A stretch of DNA of 64,000 nt from Selaginella moellendorffii (Eukaryota; Plantae; Lycopodiophyta): positions 194,336 to 258,335 of the forward strand of contig NW_003314344.1 of NCBI RefSeq assembly GCF_000143415.4, in the 5' to 3' direction. The notes under the pieces were generated by a model. It was not told the origin of the DNA. It worked only from the letters and a program-made list of their open reading frames with translations, and did no database searches. Numbering within the stretch: position 1 is the first letter of the stretch; each line of letters starts with the position of its first letter. Both the position numbers and the translations under genes were made by a program. Positions 59,301-64,000 of the stretch are shown here, piece after piece.

Positions 59301-61386
59301 CATTCTTCCGGTATTTAGTGTGTGCCCATTAATACTTTTTCTTATTGTCAGATTGAAGCTATCAAGTCGGGTGTGCAACCGGGGTTGACGATGGTCGTAG
59401 GACCACCCGGTACAGGAAAAACTGATACGGCCGTGCAAATCTTGAACGTGCTATATCATAATTGTCCATCGCAGAGGACACTCCTCATAACGCATTCTAA
59501 TCAAGCTCTGAACGATCTCTTTGAAAAGATCATGCAGGTAACGAAGTCTTTCCCGTAATTGTCTTCGGATTTCTAACTCTGCGCTTACAGCGAGATGTTC
59601 CCGCTCGGTACTTGCTACGTCTGGGTCAGGGTGAGCAGGAACTCGAAACCGAGCTTGACTTTAGTCGTCAGGGGCGAGTAAATGCCATGTTGACACGGCG
59701 TTTGGAACTTCTAGCAGAAGTAGAGCGCCTAGCGAGAACTTTGAGCGTGCCAGATGATGTGGCCTACACTTGCGAGACTGCCGCTCACTTTTGGCTCCTC
59801 CATGTCCTGGCACGGTGGGAGGAATTTGTTGCCGCTTGCGAGGCTACAGAGGACAATCCAGGCATCGTCATGGAGAAGTTTCCTTTCATGGACTTCTTTT
59901 CAGACACTCCCCACCTGCTTTTCTCCGGGCTATCATACGCAGAAGACATGCGTGCTGCAACAGGCTGCTTCAAGCACTTGAAGACGATGTTCCAAGAGCT
60001 CGAGGAGTGTCGAGCCTTTGAGCTGCTCAAGACAACAGCCGACAGAGCAAACTATCTCATGACGAAGCAGGCAAAGATCGTGGCCATGACTTGTACTCAT
60101 GCGGCACTCAAGAGGCGTGACTTCCTGCGGATTGGTTTCAAGTATGACAACCTCTTGATGGAAGAAAGTGCTCAGATTCTGGAGATCGAGACGTTTATCC
60201 CGATGCTGCTGCAAAGACAAGAGGACGGACGAGCCAGGTTGAAGAGGTGTATCTTGATCGGTGATCATCACCAGCTGCCTCCAGTCGTGAAGAACATGGC
60301 GTACCAAAAGTTTAGCCACCTCGATCAGAGCTTATTCGCAAGGTTCGTACGCCTGGGAGTGCCTCATGTGGAGCTCAACGCACAGGGAAGGGCCAGGCCA
60401 AGCATCGCTAAGCTCTACAACTGGAGATACAAAGACTTGGGTGACTTGCCAGACGTACAGCAGGAGCAGTCCTTTCTTCTTGGGAATGCTGGCTTCGCGT
60501 ATGACTACCAGCTTATCGACGTGCCTGACTACCTCGGACGAGGGGAGAAAGAACCAAGTCACTGGTTCTATCAGAATCTGGGCGAGGCAGAGTACGTGGT
60601 GAGCGTCTACCAGTACATGCGACTTCTGGGATACCCTGCCAACAAAATCTCCATCCTGACGACTTACAACGGGCAGAAGCACTTGATTCGGGACGTGATC
60701 GAGAGCAGATGCGCCAAGCATCCACTCTTTGGCCGTCCGAGCAAGGTACCAAGCAGATCTAAGTTTGAGCGTGAGCTTGAATCTAAAAGCTGTTTTTGCG
60801 CAGGTAACAACGGCTGACAGGTTTCAAGGCCAGCAGAACGACTACGTACTACTGTCTCTCGTTCGCACTCGCGTCGTCGGGCATTTGCGTGACGTGAGAA
60901 GGCTGGTTGTGGCCATGTCGCGAGCAAGGCTGGGGCTCTACGTCTTTTGCCGGCGTTCGCTCTTCGAGCAGTGTTATGAGCTGCGGCCAACGTTCCAAAA
61001 GCTGCTCCAGCGCCCGGACAAGCTGGCTCTGGTGCTAGACGAGAGCGTGCATCCAACATCCCGGCGTGTGGAGGAGACTGGCAACGCATACCTCGTGCAA
61101 AATGGTGTACACGAAATGGCTGAGATTGTCAACAGCAAGTTCATGCAGGTGAGCGAGCTTGTCAGTGAAAATATTTTGTCCATTTAACGTCGGAACTGTT
61201 TTACAGATGTATGGAGCTGGTACAGTTTCGAAGCAATTGGAAGCCCCAACAAATAATCCAGTGCAAGGAGAGATTGAAGAGGATGGAAATCCTATAAACC
61301 AAATGGTGGTGGATGAAAATCCAAGGGAGACCGTGGTGGATCAAAGTGGAGTGGATGAAAATCCAAGGGATCCCATGGAAATGTAG
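56336..61386 (+). CDS. AQR: Intron-binding spliceosomal RNA helicase Aquarius (MAC7/EMB2765 homolog), ~15 exons
   Basis: [22 protein letters not shown]...[109 protein letters not shown] introns; telo-box TAGGGTTT just upstream. Confidence 0.95.
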
Positions 61387-61589
61387 TATGTGCACAAAAC
61401 CTTTTCCCAGCGACAAAAAAAAGTTAAGCTTTTAAATGGATTAAATATAATATTCTACTTTTAGTTAATCTGGTTTGTAATTAGACTTGTTATAAAAAAT
61501 TTAATATAGTGATGAAGTTTATTACTAAATAACTCTTTTTAAAAACATGTTGAGTTCTATTACAATATTACATTAATATTATATTAGTG

Positions 61590-61716
61590 TAATATATACA
61601 ATTATAATACTATTTTAGTGTAATGATATTTTAATAACCATCATATTAGATTCAATCTCGACCACTCACTCTATATATAAATTAGGCTTTTAGGAATATA
61701 CACATGCACTCTCATA
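61590..61716 (+). mobile_element. Degenerate solo-LTR-like relic related to the 28178 element LTR
   Basis: gattcaatctcgaccactcactctatatataaattagg compared with gtttcaatccggaccactcgctcctgtatataagctaggg in the intact LTR. Confidence 0.55.
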
Positions 61717-61744
61717 ATAGGATGTACTTGAGAAGTGATTGAAT

Positions 61745-61767
61745 TTGTGTTTGTGTATACATATATA

Positions 61768-61814
<47 letters not shown>

Positions 61815-63560
61815 CTTTGGCTGAATAATATATTAATTATAGTACTATAGCATATAAACCATCCATTTGAGACTAAATTTGATCTATACATTCTTGTATA
61901 TAATGAGGGGTTTAAACTTTTATTCTTATATCCTGAGCAATCACATTGATAGCATTGCAATTTGTCCTTGAAATACAAATTTTTTTAATAGTGCTTTGCT
62001 TTAGTATTTAGGATTGTGCCTTTTGTTTATGTTTCTTCATTATCTTTTAAATTTAAATTTGTATTAGCTTTTTGCAAGATCTAAAACTTTAGCTACTGCT
62101 ATGCTTAGATTTTTTCTTTCTTCTCATCTTCATTGCATTCTCTTCTTTTACCATATTATGTTGTCATTGATCAAGAAGTATATCACTTGAGGTTGCTAAT
62201 GCTACTTTATTGAATTAAACTTTTGGTATTGTGAGGTTTGATCATATTAGTGTTGCACCCATCCTTAGTATATTGCCATTTTCAACTTCTATGAGAAATA
62301 ATTACATAGTTTGTCCTGTTCTTGGTGTTTTACCATTTCCTATTGATGTGGAGCTTAATCATGAAATCAATGGATGAGCTATGGATAATGCAATCTGGTT
62401 TTTAGTAAATGTTCAAGGATCAAGTTTATGGGAAGACAATGTTTAGAACCTTGAATGGATTCTAGATTGTGATAAGAAACTTGATTATTATAGAGATAGC
62501 TTTGGAGATGAATTAAAATTTTAATCTACCATCTAATCCTTTTTCTTTACCTTTAATTTGTCATTTAATCCTTTCTCTTTAAATTTTATTCTTTCTCAAC
62601 CTTTTTTTTATTTCTCGGCTTGAGCCACTTTCTCATGTTCCTAGTGTTCTTTCCTAGTCTACAATATTTCTTTTTTCTGGTATATCAATCATTTCTAATT
62701 TTTATGATTCTCATTCTAAATCCAATATTGAATTGATTGTTTTTTGTCCTGCTTATACTAATTTAGATCTTGAGTGTGTGCAAGAATTTGAGAATCTTGT
62801 TTTTGCTTCCTTGGCAGAGTCTTTGATCAATTTTAGTATTGAGTATTCCTTTATTCCTAGAATTTCGGCACTAGTGGCAACAATGGCGGTGATAACAATG
62901 TTTGCAATAGCATTGTTGGTGGTGATGATGGTGGCTAGAGTTTCAGGTTGAGTGCATATCCCCAATTGTGAGTGTTGTTAAGAGCCTTTGTTTTATTGTT
63001 GTTACTGAAGGGTTTATATGTTCCCTTGAGAGTGTGGACTTTTCTATTGATTTTCTAATATCAAGTGTTAAATTGTGTATTAAAGAGGTTGAGCAATGTG
63101 AATCTCTTATTTATCTTGTAATAGTTAAAATATTTTATCACAGTAGATCCTGTGTTCTCCAAGATTTAAACATATTTCGTTCTTTTCTCTCCATTTTATT
63201 TTGCCAATTGTTGAAAATTCCTTTTCTGATACTTTGTCTATATTTTCTTCTTACACAATGTTTCTTCCTCCCTTTTTATCACTTTCTCTTTTTGGCCTTG
63301 ACACTTTAAACTTTTTCTTCTTTAAAAGAGGGGGTAAAGGAGATGAATAGGAATCCGGCCCTAACAATAGAGTGAGGATGAGAATAAATTATATAGATTA
63401 TAGAGTAAGAAGAAGTATAGTGAGTTCGAAAGGAACATCTAGCCCCAACTTAGTGAGGCTGAGCGAATGCAATAGTGGAGCAAGGCTGAACATAAATGAC
63501 AGAGTGAAGACTAATGCAATGAGTCTAAATAGAGCTAGTGTTTCATAACTTTTTTTCCTT
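61745..63560 (+). mobile_element. Second degenerate member of the non-autonomous LTR family seen at 24975-26925
   Basis: (TA)n + tactatagcatat LTR. Internal blocks match 25190-26440, e.g. gaggatcaa...ggaagacaatg, ttgagtattcctttatt and tattttatca(t/c)agtag. Confidence 0.65.
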
Positions 63561-63874
63561 TGAGAAGGGGATAAAGAGGATGTGAAGGACAAATAGAGTG
63601 AGTCTAACATCCCATATATGGTGTTAGATAAAGACAAAGATCATAAGTCAAAGTTAATAGGGGTTTTAGATATTGATTAAAGGGAAAATGTAAAGGTAGG
63701 TTCTATTTATGGTCGTAAGTCTGAGTTAATAATGGTCTCAAAGGATTATCGGCAAGCAAACTTAAACATAGAATGTATTTTTTGTTACAATGGCATTTCA
63801 TGGACTACAATAATTCTCAAAGTCCTTTACTTTAGTTCAAAGTTAATTTGAGCATTTGGCAACTACACATGGAG

Positions 63875-64000
63875 TGTGATACGCAAATCCCTAGACCCTA
63901 AAATGGAGCCGAAAGTGTGCTACATGGCAATGGTTGAAGTGGAAGTCTAACAAGTGTAACATATTTAAACCAAAAGCTTTAACTCAGAAAGTTGAGAGTG
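63875..64000 (+). mobile_element. 5' end of a diverged LTR related to the tandem element at 33504 (runs off the window)
   Basis: tgtgatacgcaaatccctagaccctaaaatggagccgaaag...gtaac...accaaaagct compared with tgtgagacacaaaaatccctaggccccaaagtggagccgaaag...gtaac...accaaaagct. Confidence 0.75.

Overview
Eukaryotic, intron-containing land-plant DNA. The very short introns (~50-70 nt), tight gene packing and nuclear rpl32 suggest a lycophyte such as Selaginella (inference). Bases 1-21.3 kb are gene-dense: a partial minus-strand gene with a Uma2-like nuclease signature, a CRF-type AP2/ERF gene, Sec61 alpha, an organellar SSB (OSB) head-to-head with a DCAF4/WDR21-like WD40 gene, a nuclear plastid-type rpl32 with extra 3' exons, an intronless Fic-domain gene, a rearranged Aquarius pseudogene, a P450 fragment and a Crinkler-like (Ubl + NTPase + REase-like) gene. 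Bases 21.8-55.7 kb are a transposon island. It holds degenerate LTR elements, a young intact Ty3/gypsy element (174-bp LTRs, -1 frameshift signal), a 13.5-kb LTR-internal-LTR-internal-LTR tandem of a non-coding LTR element inside one 5-bp TSD, PPR fragments and a hypermutated copy of the gypsy element. Bases 55.7-61.4 kb carry a Fic pseudogene head-to-head with an apparently intact Aquarius gene, followed by more LTR relics. The most unusual signal is the tandem non-coding element: its presumed transcript (~5 kb) is tiled almost end to end with short stem-loops, including twin tRNA T-loop hairpins and a palindromic-loop hairpin, over a barely recognisable pol relic. All calls were made by eye, with no database searches or folding calculations.
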